A DNA stretch of 16,981 nucleotides from Candidatus Bathyarchaeia archaeon (GTDB taxonomy: Archaea > Thermoproteota > Bathyarchaeia > Bathyarchaeales > Bathycorpusculaceae): assembly GCA_038883775.1 (NCBI GenBank), contig JAVZLM010000013.1, positions 1-16,981 of the forward strand. Direction: 5' to 3'. The stretch's first letter is position 1. Every line of letters begins with the position of its first letter. Made by a program: the position numbers and the translations under genes. The notes below the pieces were generated by a model. That model was given only the letters and a program-made list of their open reading frames with translations. It had not been told where the DNA came from and did no database searches. Positions 1 to 9,058 of this stretch are shown here, one piece after another.

Positions 1-531
1 CTGGCCAAAGCCGTTTATTCCTTAGATGATGATGTGGATCACTTTTCCTTTTTCATTCTCAGATTGCTTCGAAATGCTGCCCAAGACTCTGTTATAGCAA
101 ATGAGTTTGGCATAGACTCATTGGACTGCATGGATTATCAAACTTTCATATATAGAATTGAACATGCTGCAGACTATTCTTCAAACATAGCGAAACACGT
201 AATAATGTTGGATGAAAGTGGACAAAAAATTCCTGAAAACATTTTGGTGCTTATGTTTGCTGCGGGCACAGAGGCTGTGGATTCTTATGCTAAGGCTGTT
301 AAGGCTTTCTTTTCAAAGGATGTTAATGCATCAAATGAGGTATTGGAACGCCAGCGTAAAATTGAAAAGATGGATCAAGAGATAGCGTCAAAGGCGTTTA
401 TGAGTAAGCAGAAAAACGCATTAACGGTTTGTGCCATCTGTTCTATACGGGAAGACATAAAGAAGATTGCTGATTGTGCAGCGGATATAGCTGAAATTGT
501 TATTAATAGAGCTTATAAAATAGCTATTTAG
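1..531 (+). CDS. PhoU-domain phosphate uptake regulator (5'-truncated by window)
   Basis: Frame is open from base 1 (LAKAVYSLDDDVDHFSFFILR...). PhoU-repeat motifs DDDVD, RIEHAADYSSNIA and IKKIADCAADIAE are present. Confidence 0.8.
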   Translation: MAKAVYSLDDDVDHFSFFILRLLRNAAQDSVIANEFGIDSLDCMDYQTFIYRIEHAADYSSNIAKHVIMLDESGQKIPENILVLMFAAGTEAVDSYAKAVKAFFSKDVNASNEVLERQRKIEKMDQEIASKAFMSKQKNALTVCAICSIREDIKKIADCAADIAEIVINRAYKIAI

Positions 532-2254
532 TATCTTTTTTGGATGGTGGATAGCTTAGGGTTAATGTTAATTTGGATAGGGAAATTTCTTTTTGAAGGA
601 TTTTCCTTGCAATTTCCAAAGCCAAATTGTAGTTGTAAACTTCTTTTCCGTTACTTCTGGCTTCCCGCAAAATCTCCTTTTCCAACTTGTGTTTCAAATC
701 GCCTACTGTTAAGGCTCCGATTCCAAAGATTCCGGGCATTATTTCTCTCATATCATCTTTTAACTCTATTCCTTCAACTCCGAAGGGTGGAATCGCATTT
801 ATGTCCACTATAACTTTCATGTGTTTAACTTCCTTTAGCAAGTCCTTCTCTATCACTCGAGTGCCTCTTGTTCCTGCACATAGGATTACGTCCGCCTTCT
901 TTAGAATCTCAAGCTTTTCAACTGATGAGGGAGCGAAGACTCCTTGAACTTTTACTCCATATTTAGTGGCTAATAATTTCGAAATGCTCTCAGCATATTC
1001 TCTTCCATCCTTACGTCCTGGGTTGATACTAGCAATAATCACGTTGCATCCAAGTTTTGCCAAAAGAACAGCGGCTATCTGCCCCACAGCACCCGTGCCC
1101 AAGATAGCACACGTTTTGCCTTTTAATTCTCCGAGTTTATGGGATGCCAACGCATCTTCGACTTTTGCAACCATGGCCGCTGCTGTCGTGTATGCGCCGC
1201 CTGGGTCAACTATTATGCTTGTCTTGAATGGTGGAAACATCGTGTCTTTTATAGCTTCGAATACCTCTTCTGCCTTTTCAGCATTCTTGCCACCAATGAA
1301 AAAACAAGTGTGTTTGACGGCTTTTGGTCCTCTAGAAAATATTGCATCTTGAACTATTCTTTTAGCGTCTTCCGGCGTTACATTTTCATAGGGTACAACA
1401 GCGTTGTATCCAGCATCATATGCCATACAAATGTCGAAGGGACTGGCTTTTTGGTCCGTGTCCAAGTAGAAAAGTAGGTATGGTGCATCCTCTGAGGTTT
1501 TTCCAATAATGGGTTTCACTTGTATCTGCATTGACTGCAACAGATTTTCAAGCTCACTCGTGCGGGGGGCTTCGGCATGTGTTGAAACAATTTTTTTTGA
1601 AAGTTTTAAAACTTCAACTTTAACGTCTAAAGATTCAAGAAGTTTTTTAACGCCTTCCACATGTTCTGGGCTGCATATGTGAAGGCATGTTACCTCCGTT
1701 TTATCGCTTATCTCTTTTGCGTGGTCCAAAATTTCCATGACAATCCAGCTTTCCCTTATTGGAAAGCTTATTTCGCGTTCTTGTTCTTCTAATTCGAGTT
1801 GTAAGCATTGACCATAAGCAATTAGATATTCTCTTTCAACAGAATCTTCACCCTTCTGTTTTGAAAGGTTATCCAAAGCTTTCAGTATATTATCTCTTAA
1901 CTCTCTTTTCTTGTCCAGGTTAGCTGCAAGATAAGCCTTAGCGTTCCCATCAATATCAACGGGATAGAATGGAATCTTCTCTTTCTGAAACATTTGAGTT
2001 AGGACGTTGTCTTTGTAGAATTCTTCCTGGGAGCGCATTCCCAACTCTTCTGTGGCAAAGTCTGGTTTAACCTTTCCAATGATATTTTCTAAGAACTTGT
2101 AGAAACCCACGGAAGGCTTAAAGAGGGAATGGAGCATTCGCGAATTTGAGTTGGATGGTGGCTCTATTATCCAGAAAGGTTCGTTATACTCTTTTTCTAC
2201 CATTAAAACGGTTAATTTTTTATCTTTTAGGGGTGCGATTTCAAGCGTCTTCAT
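524..2254 (-). CDS. mtdB: NAD(P)-dependent methylene-tetrahydromethanopterin dehydrogenase (MtdB/MtdA family) with ~255-aa N-terminal extra domain
   Basis: C-terminal ~320 aa has the MtdB-type motifs SPFDICMAYDAGY, DAIFSRGPK, DPGGAYTTAAAMVA, Rossmann GTGAVG and DINAIPPFGVEGI. The N-terminal region is unrelated to Mtd. Confidence 0.85.
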   Translation of the reverse strand: MKTLEIAPLKDKKLTVLMVEKEYNEPFWIIEPPSNSNSRMLHSLFKPSVGFYKFLENIIGKVKPDFATEELGMRSQEEFYKDNVLTQMFQKEKIPFYPVDIDGNAKAYLAANLDKKRELRDNILKALDNLSKQKGEDSVEREYLIAYGQCLQLELEEQEREISFPIRESWIVMEILDHAKEISDKTEVTCLHICSPEHVEGVKKLLESLDVKVEVLKLSKKIVSTHAEAPRTSELENLLQSMQIQVKPIIGKTSEDAPYLLFYLDTDQKASPFDICMAYDAGYNAVVPYENVTPEDAKRIVQDAIFSRGPKAVKHTCFFIGGKNAEKAEEVFEAIKDTMFPPFKTSIIVDPGGAYTTAAAMVAKVEDALASHKLGELKGKTCAILGTGAVGQIAAVLLAKLGCNVIIASINPGRKDGREYAESISKLLATKYGVKVQGVFAPSSVEKLEILKKADVILCAGTRGTRVIEKDLLKEVKHMKVIVDINAIPPFGVEGIELKDDMREIMPGIFGIGALTVGDLKHKLEKEILREARSNGKEVYNYNLALEIARKILQKEISLSKLTLTLSYPPSKKDTK

Positions 2255-2338
2255 CTTGATACCTAAAAATAGAATATGGAATGGCTGTATATATATTTCG
2301 TCGAAATACCTTATATATAGATATATGCCGTATATACG

Positions 2339-3205
2339 CTATTCCTTATAAAATTCCTCATCTAACGTTGGTGGGAGCATCAACTTAGTTTTGACTTTCG
2401 GTTTCCCATCCTTTCCATGAGGCTTTCTAACCAAAGTGTCATTGTATTTTTCGATTTCCCGTGCTTCTTCAGCCAATTTAGCAGCAATTTGAGCTATTTC
2501 ATGGGCGCTGGCGACTAGTGGAATGAATTTTTCGCTTTCTTTTTCCACAAAGCATGCTTGGGTGTTGATTTCTGCAATTTTTTCAGTCAGCCCATACGCG
2601 GCTATGGCTTTTGCTTTTGCATAGGGATTTTGAAAATCAGATCTATCCCGAATATAATTTGCATCTATTACCAGTTTTGGTAGAACAGGTGTTAATCCCT
2701 TCTTTAAGGCGTAAACTAATTTATCGATTTCTTGATGCACAATTCTGAAAACGCCTGTGATGGCAAGAACCTTAATTATGTTGGAGTTGAAAACAGCCAT
2801 CTCCACGGGGTCTAGGAATTCTCTTCTTGCGCCTATGAGCGGATCGCCAGTGATGATTATGTAGCCTAAACCTTGCTTTTCAAGATCGCCTTTGATGCGT
2901 TTGGCAGGGGCATCCGAAATGACAACGCTTGGAACACCGCTTGCAGCTAATTTTTCCCTAACTTTTGTTGGTCCTGGAATAGACGGGTTTGGACATATGA
3001 GCGCTATTAGGTCTGGGTCGAATTCGAAGAGTTTCGGCAAAGCTTCCTCAACATCTTCAACCGCCATTTTTGAGCCAGTGGTTACTGTTCGAGTTTTTAT
3101 GTCTTGACGATCAGCAAGCTCATCGAGGAGAAGTTCAAAAAGCGGGGAAACGGCAATGTTGCCACACTTAAAAACCCCAATTTTCTTGTATGGAATTTCT
3201 GACAA
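2339..3205 (-). CDS. mtd: F420-dependent methylenetetrahydromethanopterin dehydrogenase
   Basis: KIGVFKCGNIAVSPLFELLLDELADRQDI, GSKM, PNPSIPGP, DPLIGARREFLDPVEMAVFN, NPYAKAKA and SAHE are hallmark Mtd motifs. TTG start. Confidence 0.93.
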   Translation of the reverse strand: MSEIPYKKIGVFKCGNIAVSPLFELLLDELADRQDIKTRTVTTGSKMAVEDVEEALPKLFEFDPDLIALICPNPSIPGPTKVREKLAASGVPSVVISDAPAKRIKGDLEKQGLGYIIITGDPLIGARREFLDPVEMAVFNSNIIKVLAITGVFRIVHQEIDKLVYALKKGLTPVLPKLVIDANYIRDRSDFQNPYAKAKAIAAYGLTEKIAEINTQACFVEKESEKFIPLVASAHEIAQIAAKLAEEAREIEKYNDTLVRKPHGKDGKPKVKTKLMLPPTLDEEFYKE

Positions 3206-3328
3206 AGCGGCACCTCTAACATGTTATTTACAGCTTTTAACGTTTAAAAATTGCCATTTTATGGGTATGAACCACGAATGCCTTAAATATTCAGTGGCTA
3301 CAACTATGTGTAAGAGGGTGGACATAAA

Positions 3329-3550
3329 ATGACAGAGGTTGTTGAAAAAGGATTAAAGAAAATTGGCATAACAGTTTCAAAACCTGTTCTGGCTGTTCTT
3401 TGCATAATCTTCGGCATCCTTGTAATAGCTATACCAGCTCTTATTGGGATTATAATAGGTATTTTCTTAATAATCGAAGGGGTCTTGCTACTGACAGAAT
3501 ACTTGGAACTTCGAAAACAACAACCAACGCCTTCGCCAACACAATCGTAA
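3329..3550 (+). CDS. small two-TM membrane protein (DUF3096-like)
   Basis: 73 aa with two hydrophobic helices (IIFGILVIAIPALIGIIIGIFLIIEGVL). AGGGTGG RBS-like motif upstream. Confidence 0.65.
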   Translation: MTEVVEKGLKKIGITVSKPVLAVLCIIFGILVIAIPALIGIIIGIFLIIEGVLLLTEYLELRKQQPTPSPTQS

Positions 3551-3553
3551 GCT

Positions 3554-4264
3554 TCAACTTTTCTTTTCTGTTTCTCCCTCTAACAACTTAAACTTTAACA
3601 CACTAACCAGTAATGGCACACCCACAACAAACGAAACTAAAACCACAATTAAATCTTCAACGTATGAGTCGATGGCAGCTCTGACGAATTCTGCATAAAG
3701 TGCGTCGAAATTTGGAAAGAATAAGCCATGCAAACCACATGGAATTAGTAAGAAAACCCTAACAAGCGAGTCTGTGGCTATACAAACAAAAGAAATCAAG
3801 ACTAACTTAATAGGCAGACGTTTAAAATTCATATCAAACAAGTTTCCACCAAACTTGGCTGCTGGATAAATAAGTAAAAACGCAAAAATCACATCAAGAA
3901 TCGTCCATAATGGAAGCCCTTGCCCAAAAGGGTTTCCATAAGGATGTAGGAAATAGGCTGACAAGGTTATTACGTATAACCCTATAACTGGCTTCCATTT
4001 CTTTTTTGCTAGTAAACCCGCAACGAAGACGCTTAGTGGTTCGGCTATTATGCCAAACATCCAAAAATCAATGGGCTTAATCATTCGTGCAATTGAAGAG
4101 CCAATCAATGCGGCTATGAATCCCACTTTTGGACCTAAAAATATTCCTTCTATGGATTCTAGGTATATTCCCCAGTTTCGCCATAGTCCAAATGATATAA
4201 AGTAGAGAACCGCATGCAAAGCTGCGAATACAGAAGCAAGGCTTAATTGTAAGCTTTTTCGCAC
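3554..4264 (-). CDS. ECF transporter S-component-like membrane protein
   Basis: Multi-TM protein. The N-terminal pattern GIFLGPKVGFIAALIGS is typical of ECF S components. Substrate is not inferable. Confidence 0.6.
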   Translation of the reverse strand: MRKSLQLSLASVFAALHAVLYFISFGLWRNWGIYLESIEGIFLGPKVGFIAALIGSSIARMIKPIDFWMFGIIAEPLSVFVAGLLAKKKWKPVIGLYVITLSAYFLHPYGNPFGQGLPLWTILDVIFAFLLIYPAAKFGGNLFDMNFKRLPIKLVLISFVCIATDSLVRVFLLIPCGLHGLFFPNFDALYAEFVRAAIDSYVEDLIVVLVSFVVGVPLLVSVLKFKLLEGETEKKS

Positions 4265-4326
4265 ACAACCACTTCCGACAAATTAAAAATAGAGTAAACT
4301 TTGCTTGTGGTTTATAAGTTTTAAAA

Positions 4327-4926
4327 TTATGCGAAGAGTTGAATGAGGAAGATTATTAGTGCTGTGAAGGCGCCTACGGTTAACATTGCTACGCCATAAA
4401 ACCAGCCGTTTTCCTTTGCCACTTTTCCAAGGTATATGCCCAACAAGAAAAGCGTGATTAATGATAGTGCTAATGAAATTATGTAAGCATTAGACATCGA
4501 CATTAATCCAGCTATAGCGAAAATGAAGGGCGTAAGCGAAATAGTTGCAGTTAATGCTGGTGATAATCCATCAATTAGGGCTACGTAGAATGTGACAAAA
4601 CGTGCAGCTTCATAGTGTATTGGGTCAACCTTGTTTTTTGTCGCATCCTCCATCTCTCGCAAGTGGCGTCTTCTTTCAGCGTTTTCAGCCATAAACGCTC
4701 CAAAGAAGCCTGAAAAGCCCATGGCAAGGCTTGCTCCCAAACCAGCAAGCAAGATAATTTCTGGTTTTGAAACGTTGGCTATCCATGAACCCAAAACTAT
4801 TCCGAAGGCTGTCATGGCTCCGTCAAAACCATTCATTACAAAGTATCTTCTAGCTATGCCACTTGCCTTCGTAATGTGGAGGTAAACCCTAACCTTTTTG
4901 GAAAGTCTCTTGAAAATTTTACTCAA
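4327..4926 (-). CDS. VIT1/CCC1-family membrane protein
   Basis: ARRYFVMNGFDG, LAMGFSGFFGAFMAENAE and LFLLGIYLGKVA motifs; about 5 TM helices. Confidence 0.8.
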   Translation of the reverse strand: MSKIFKRLSKKVRVYLHITKASGIARRYFVMNGFDGAMTAFGIVLGSWIANVSKPEIILLAGLGASLAMGFSGFFGAFMAENAERRRHLREMEDATKNKVDPIHYEAARFVTFYVALIDGLSPALTATISLTPFIFAIAGLMSMSNAYIISLALSLITLFLLGIYLGKVAKENGWFYGVAMLTVGAFTALIIFLIQLFA

Positions 4927-5049
4927 CGGTTATCTCTTCACCCTTGAAAAAGGGCGAAACCTTTGCCCATGTTTAAATCTGGTTCTTTTATACCACAATT
5001 GTTTAATATAAAGTTTTAGAATTCCAACTAAACTCTAAAGGTGAATTAA

Positions 5050-6093
5050 ATGGTGCTTGCCGAAACATTAGAAAAACTGTCTAATGCTTGTGGCGTTGCT
5101 GGTAGAGAAGAAGAGGTTAGAAGTTTGATGAAGACTTTCTTAAAACCATACGTGGACGAAGTTAGAGAGGATAAACTTGGAAACGTAATCGGAGTGAAAA
5201 AGGGAAAGAAGAATGCGCCAAAAATTATGCTTGCAGCTCACATGGACGAAATAGGCTTACTAGTGAAGACAATCTCCAAGGATGGCTACCTACAATTTAC
5301 AAAGATGGGCGGAATAGACGACCGCATACTATTAGCCCAAAAAGTGATAGTCTACACGGAAAAAGGACCCTTACACGGAATAATAGGTTCTAAGCCACCC
5401 CATATCCAAAAGGAAGAGGAACGCAAAAAAGTCCTCACCTACGATGAACTATTCATAGACATTGGAGCCGAAAACGAAGAACAAGCCAAAAAAATGGGAG
5501 TAAAAATTGGAGATCCTGTGGGCTTCGACATAAAATTCGCCAAAGTTGGAAAAGACATTGTTATCGGCAAAGCCTTTGATGACCGTGTGGGATGCGCCGT
5601 AATGGTCGAAGCAATAAAACAATTGAAAGAAACCGAATGCACAGTATACGCCGTAGGAACCGTGCAGGAAGAAGTCGGTTTAAGAGGCGCCACAACAGCC
5701 GCCTTCGGAATATGCCCAGACGTTGGCATAGCCCTCGACGTAACTGTTGCAGGCGACGTGCCAGGAGTAAAAGAAGTTGAGGCTCCAATAAAGCTACGGA
5801 AAGGGCCGTCAATAGAGATTGCGGATATGGGGTTGATTACGCATCCAAAAGTTTTACGTTTGTTGGTGGAGGCAGCTGAAGAAAACAAAATCCCATACCA
5901 GCTTGAAACTGGTTTGCCTGGCTCAACGGACGCAGCCCGCATATCATTAACAAGAGAAGGTGTTCCAAGCGGCGTTATATCGGTGCCGACACGTTACATT
6001 CACAGTCCAGCATCCCTACTTAGCCTAAAAGATGCGGAATATGCCGTAAAATTAACCGTTGCAAGTCTTCAAAAAATTCCAAAATACTTCTAG
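5050..6093 (+). CDS. M42 family aminopeptidase (TET-like)
   Basis: AAHMDEIG, GGID, KAFDDRVG, VQEEVGLRGA, DVT and RYIHSP metal-binding motifs. Confidence 0.95.
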   Translation: MVLAETLEKLSNACGVAGREEEVRSLMKTFLKPYVDEVREDKLGNVIGVKKGKKNAPKIMLAAHMDEIGLLVKTISKDGYLQFTKMGGIDDRILLAQKVIVYTEKGPLHGIIGSKPPHIQKEEERKKVLTYDELFIDIGAENEEQAKKMGVKIGDPVGFDIKFAKVGKDIVIGKAFDDRVGCAVMVEAIKQLKETECTVYAVGTVQEEVGLRGATTAAFGICPDVGIALDVTVAGDVPGVKEVEAPIKLRKGPSIEIADMGLITHPKVLRLLVEAAEENKIPYQLETGLPGSTDAARISLTREGVPSGVISVPTRYIHSPASLLSLKDAEYAVKLTVASLQKIPKYF

Positions 6094-6097
6094 ATAA

Positions 6098-6589
6098 TTG
6101 TCAAATTTTCAACATCAAATCAAGAAGGAATGGAAAATCTTGTCTCAGAAAAACTTGCTTTGCGAAAAGGCGGTGAAACGGTTTCTTAATGGCTATAACT
6201 GCGCCCAAAGCGTCCTATTAACCATGTTTGAATATTGGAATGGAGAAAACGAGCTTATTCCAAAAATTGCTACCGCTTTTGGTGGAGGAATTGGAAGATG
6301 CGGTTCCATTTGTGGAGCTTTGACTGGCGGTGTTATGGCTTTGGGAATTAAGTATGGAACCAATGAACCTTCCTTAGAAAAGCGATTAAAAGCTTACGAA
6401 AAAGCGCAGAAATTTTACAAGCAATTTGGGAGACAGCACGGAAGCGTTTTTTGCCGAGAACTAATCGGATATGACCTTTCAAACCCCAAAGAATTAGAAG
6501 AAGCCCGTAAAGCGAAAGTTTTTGAAGAAAAATGCGCCAACTTCGTTAAGAGCGCCGTTAAAACCTTGTTAAAAATTAGTGGACATTAA
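6098..6589 (+). CDS. C-GCAxxG-C-C family putative redox protein (true start may be TTG at 6140)
   Basis: GYNCAQSV, FGGGIGRCGSICGALTGG, FCREL and KCANFV motifs. Confidence 0.85.
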   Translation: MSNFQHQIKKEWKILSQKNLLCEKAVKRFLNGYNCAQSVLLTMFEYWNGENELIPKIATAFGGGIGRCGSICGALTGGVMALGIKYGTNEPSLEKRLKAYEKAQKFYKQFGRQHGSVFCRELIGYDLSNPKELEEARKAKVFEEKCANFVKSAVKTLLKISGH

Positions 6590-7530
6590 ATTTCCTTCAT
6601 CAAACATTTTATGAAGAAAAACGCCGCCACCGCGGCTATTGCGTAGGCTAAAAACCAAACCAAAATTTGACTAAAAAATGGAGTTTGCTCAAACAAGTCC
6701 CGCGCCACTCTATTTTCCACAATTCCTGTTGGAAAGCTGTTCCAGAGCCCATGGGTTATAATTAATGGGACAAAATTTTTGGCTTTGCTGTAGAAATAAC
6801 CAAACAATAAGCCTATAAAAAATGTAGTAGTTATGTACTGAGCCATGGCAAACGGATTAAATGGATAAAGGTTCCAAACAAAATGCCAAAACCCGAACAA
6901 AATTGCTTGAATAAAAATGGCCTTCCAATCGTAGAATTTTTGAAAGTGCGTTTGAATATAGCCTCTGAAAAGTCCTTCTTCGCTTATGCCAACCAGTAAT
7001 GTATGAAAGGGCATTGATAAAATGAAAGGCAAAATATTGTAGGACAACACTGGCGTTTGATTGGTGAAGGCGTAAATTAGAAGATAAAGAATGAATAATG
7101 CCATTCCGCCGAAAATGATATAGAAGGCTATTCCGTAGAAAATAGCTTTTCCCAATTTTTGTGTTTTGAAACCAAAGGCCGCAACATCAGTTCTTTCAAT
7201 AACGATGATGGTTAAGGTTAAAAGGTAAATTAATGGCAACTTTTCATATGGCATGTTAAACAACAACACCGAAGGGATGCGCACTAGCAGAGCTAAAAAG
7301 AAGAGGGCGAGAACCCATAAAAGAACTACGCCTTTAGCTCTTCCATTAACTTCTTTCGAAAGCTCTGCTGTTGAATAATTTTTCTTCCAAAAATAAAGCG
7401 GAATCAGAAACAATAGTGAAACGATTATTGGAATGAAGCTTTCTCCCGGAAGAACACACCCGCTTATAAGTATAATCAAAGCAACACTGAAATATATTAA
7501 AACAACAGCGGCAACTGTTTTCTTCCCCAT
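6586..7530 (-). CDS. CPBP/CAAX family intramembrane glutamic protease
   Basis: SEEGLFRGY, LFGFWH and HGLWN motifs; many TM helices. ATG at 7530 is preferred over TTG at 7548. Confidence 0.9.
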   Translation of the reverse strand: MGKKTVAAVVLIYFSVALIILISGCVLPGESFIPIIVSLLFLIPLYFWKKNYSTAELSKEVNGRAKGVVLLWVLALFFLALLVRIPSVLLFNMPYEKLPLIYLLTLTIIVIERTDVAAFGFKTQKLGKAIFYGIAFYIIFGGMALFILYLLIYAFTNQTPVLSYNILPFILSMPFHTLLVGISEEGLFRGYIQTHFQKFYDWKAIFIQAILFGFWHFVWNLYPFNPFAMAQYITTTFFIGLLFGYFYSKAKNFVPLIITHGLWNSFPTGIVENRVARDLFEQTPFFSQILVWFLAYAIAAVAAFFFIKCLMKEI

Positions 7531-7648
7531 GTTTTCACAAACTCGCAAGCTTAGCTTATTCCAAAGTGGGAATTAGGGTCTTTAAAATTTATGTAAAAAC
7601 AAAACTATTTTAAAAACGAGATGTTCCAAGATTTACACGGTTAAACCC

Positions 7649-8086
7649 ATGACAGATAAGAAAGGCTACGAGTTTTTAGAGCATATGGCGGATGTTTACA
7701 TTGCTGCTTATGGGAAGAATTTGTCAGAGGCTTTTGAGAATGCCGCCCTTGCAATGTTTGATGTGATGACTGAAGTGGATAAGGTTAATCCAAAAATTAG
7801 GGATGAAGTTGAAGTTGAAGCGAAGGATGAGCATGCGCTTCTTTACAATTGGCTTGAGGCTTTGCTTGTAAAATTCGAAATTGAAGAAATGCTCTATTCA
7901 AAATTTAAAATTTCAAGCTTAGAACATAATTCTGATGGTTTTAGGCTTAGGGCTGAAATTTGGGGAGAAAAGTTTAATCCAAAAAGGCATCCGCAAAAAG
8001 TCGGCGTCAAAGCCGTTACATATCACCGTATGGAAATAATTAAAGAACCAGAAAAAGTCACATTGAAATTTATTCTCGACATATAA
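7649..8086 (+). CDS. archease (RtcB cofactor)
   Basis: YEFLEHMADV, AFENAALAMFD and VKAVTYH motifs, with C-terminal FILDI. Confidence 0.95.
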   Translation: MTDKKGYEFLEHMADVYIAAYGKNLSEAFENAALAMFDVMTEVDKVNPKIRDEVEVEAKDEHALLYNWLEALLVKFEIEEMLYSKFKISSLEHNSDGFRLRAEIWGEKFNPKRHPQKVGVKAVTYHRMEIIKEPEKVTLKFILDI

Positions 8087-8097
8087 ATGCTAGCGTT

Positions 8098-8760
8098 TTA
8101 AGCTAATTTTAATTTTCTTAAACCTTTGAGAATTTCTTTAACAGCTACTTCTGGCGGTATGTCCACACTTTCACATTTAAACTCTACAAAAGGAATTTTC
8201 TTTTCCCTATAATATTGTAGGATAGGTTGAGTTTGCTCTTCATAAACTTGAATTCTTTTCTTTATGACTTCTGGTGTGTCGTCTGGGCGTTGGTAAAGGT
8301 TTCCTCCACACTTGTCACATATCATATCCACTTTGGGTTTTAAATAGCGTATATTGTAGACTTCGCCGCAGTTCTTGCAAATTCTCCTTGTGGATAAGCG
8401 TTCAATGATTATCCATTCTGGCACTATTAGCTGGATAATAACGTCTATTTTGGCAAGATTTTCAAGGAATCTTGCCTGGTCCAAATTGCGTGGGTAACCA
8501 TCCAAAATGAAGCCTTTTCCAAGTGGAATTTTTGCTAATCGTTGCTTTAAAACTTCCACTACCACATCGTCTGGGACAAGCAACCCCTTCTCTACAAAAC
8601 CCTTAACCTTTCTGCCTAATGGCGTGTTTTCCTTCATTATTTCTCTGAAAATATCGCCCATAGCAATAACTTCAACATCAAGCTTAGATTGTAAACGCGA
8701 AGCGTAAGTGCCCTTACCCGAACCAGGCGCACCGAAAATTATTGCATTAACCATTTCCAT
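8098..8760 (-). CDS. adk: adenylate kinase (bacterial-type, Zn-binding LID)
   Basis: P-loop GAPGSGKGT, GDIFRE, GLLVPD, LDGYPR, LID CKNC...CDKC, and QRPDD. Confidence 0.93.
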   Translation of the reverse strand: MEMVNAIIFGAPGSGKGTYASRLQSKLDVEVIAMGDIFREIMKENTPLGRKVKGFVEKGLLVPDDVVVEVLKQRLAKIPLGKGFILDGYPRNLDQARFLENLAKIDVIIQLIVPEWIIIERLSTRRICKNCGEVYNIRYLKPKVDMICDKCGGNLYQRPDDTPEVIKKRIQVYEEQTQPILQYYREKKIPFVEFKCESVDIPPEVAVKEILKGLRKLKLA

Positions 8761-9058
8761 TCACCATGAACATGGCCTACCTTATTTCCGTAAGAAAATT
8801 GTGGGTTGATAAGTATTGCTGTTCAAAGCTTCTGAAAAATTGTTTGAATCCATTTTTGTCATGTTACTTTAGTTTTGAAAATTTTCTAAAAGGTTTCTAT
8901 TGGTCTTAGTTGTTTTTGGTTCAAAAATTCTAGAGAGAGGTATTCAATTTATCTGTGTGGCGAAGCTTAAATTTGATGTTTATTAGCAAGTTTCCAGTTC
9001 TCATCATCAACACAAGACTAAAATTTATAGAAATTAAAATTAGGAAACGGCGGTTAAA

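Noticed and set aside
544-1477. Plus-strand ORFs 544..813, 687..947, 966..1352 and 1139..1477
   Set aside because: Antisense shadows of the well-supported mtdB-like gene, with no motifs.
4941-4968. Two overlapping small hairpins upstream of the VIT1/CCC1 gene (attenuator or riboswitch idea)
   Set aside because: Stems are only 4-5 bp and no known riboswitch consensus is recognisable. Too weak to claim.
5439-5942. ORFs 5439..5942, 5561..5812 and 5592..5780
   Set aside because: Shadow or alternate-frame ORFs within the M42 peptidase.
8761-9058. ~300-bp intergenic region as a possible ncRNA or gene remnant
   Set aside because: AT-rich divergent promoter region with no convincing ORF, repeat or structure.
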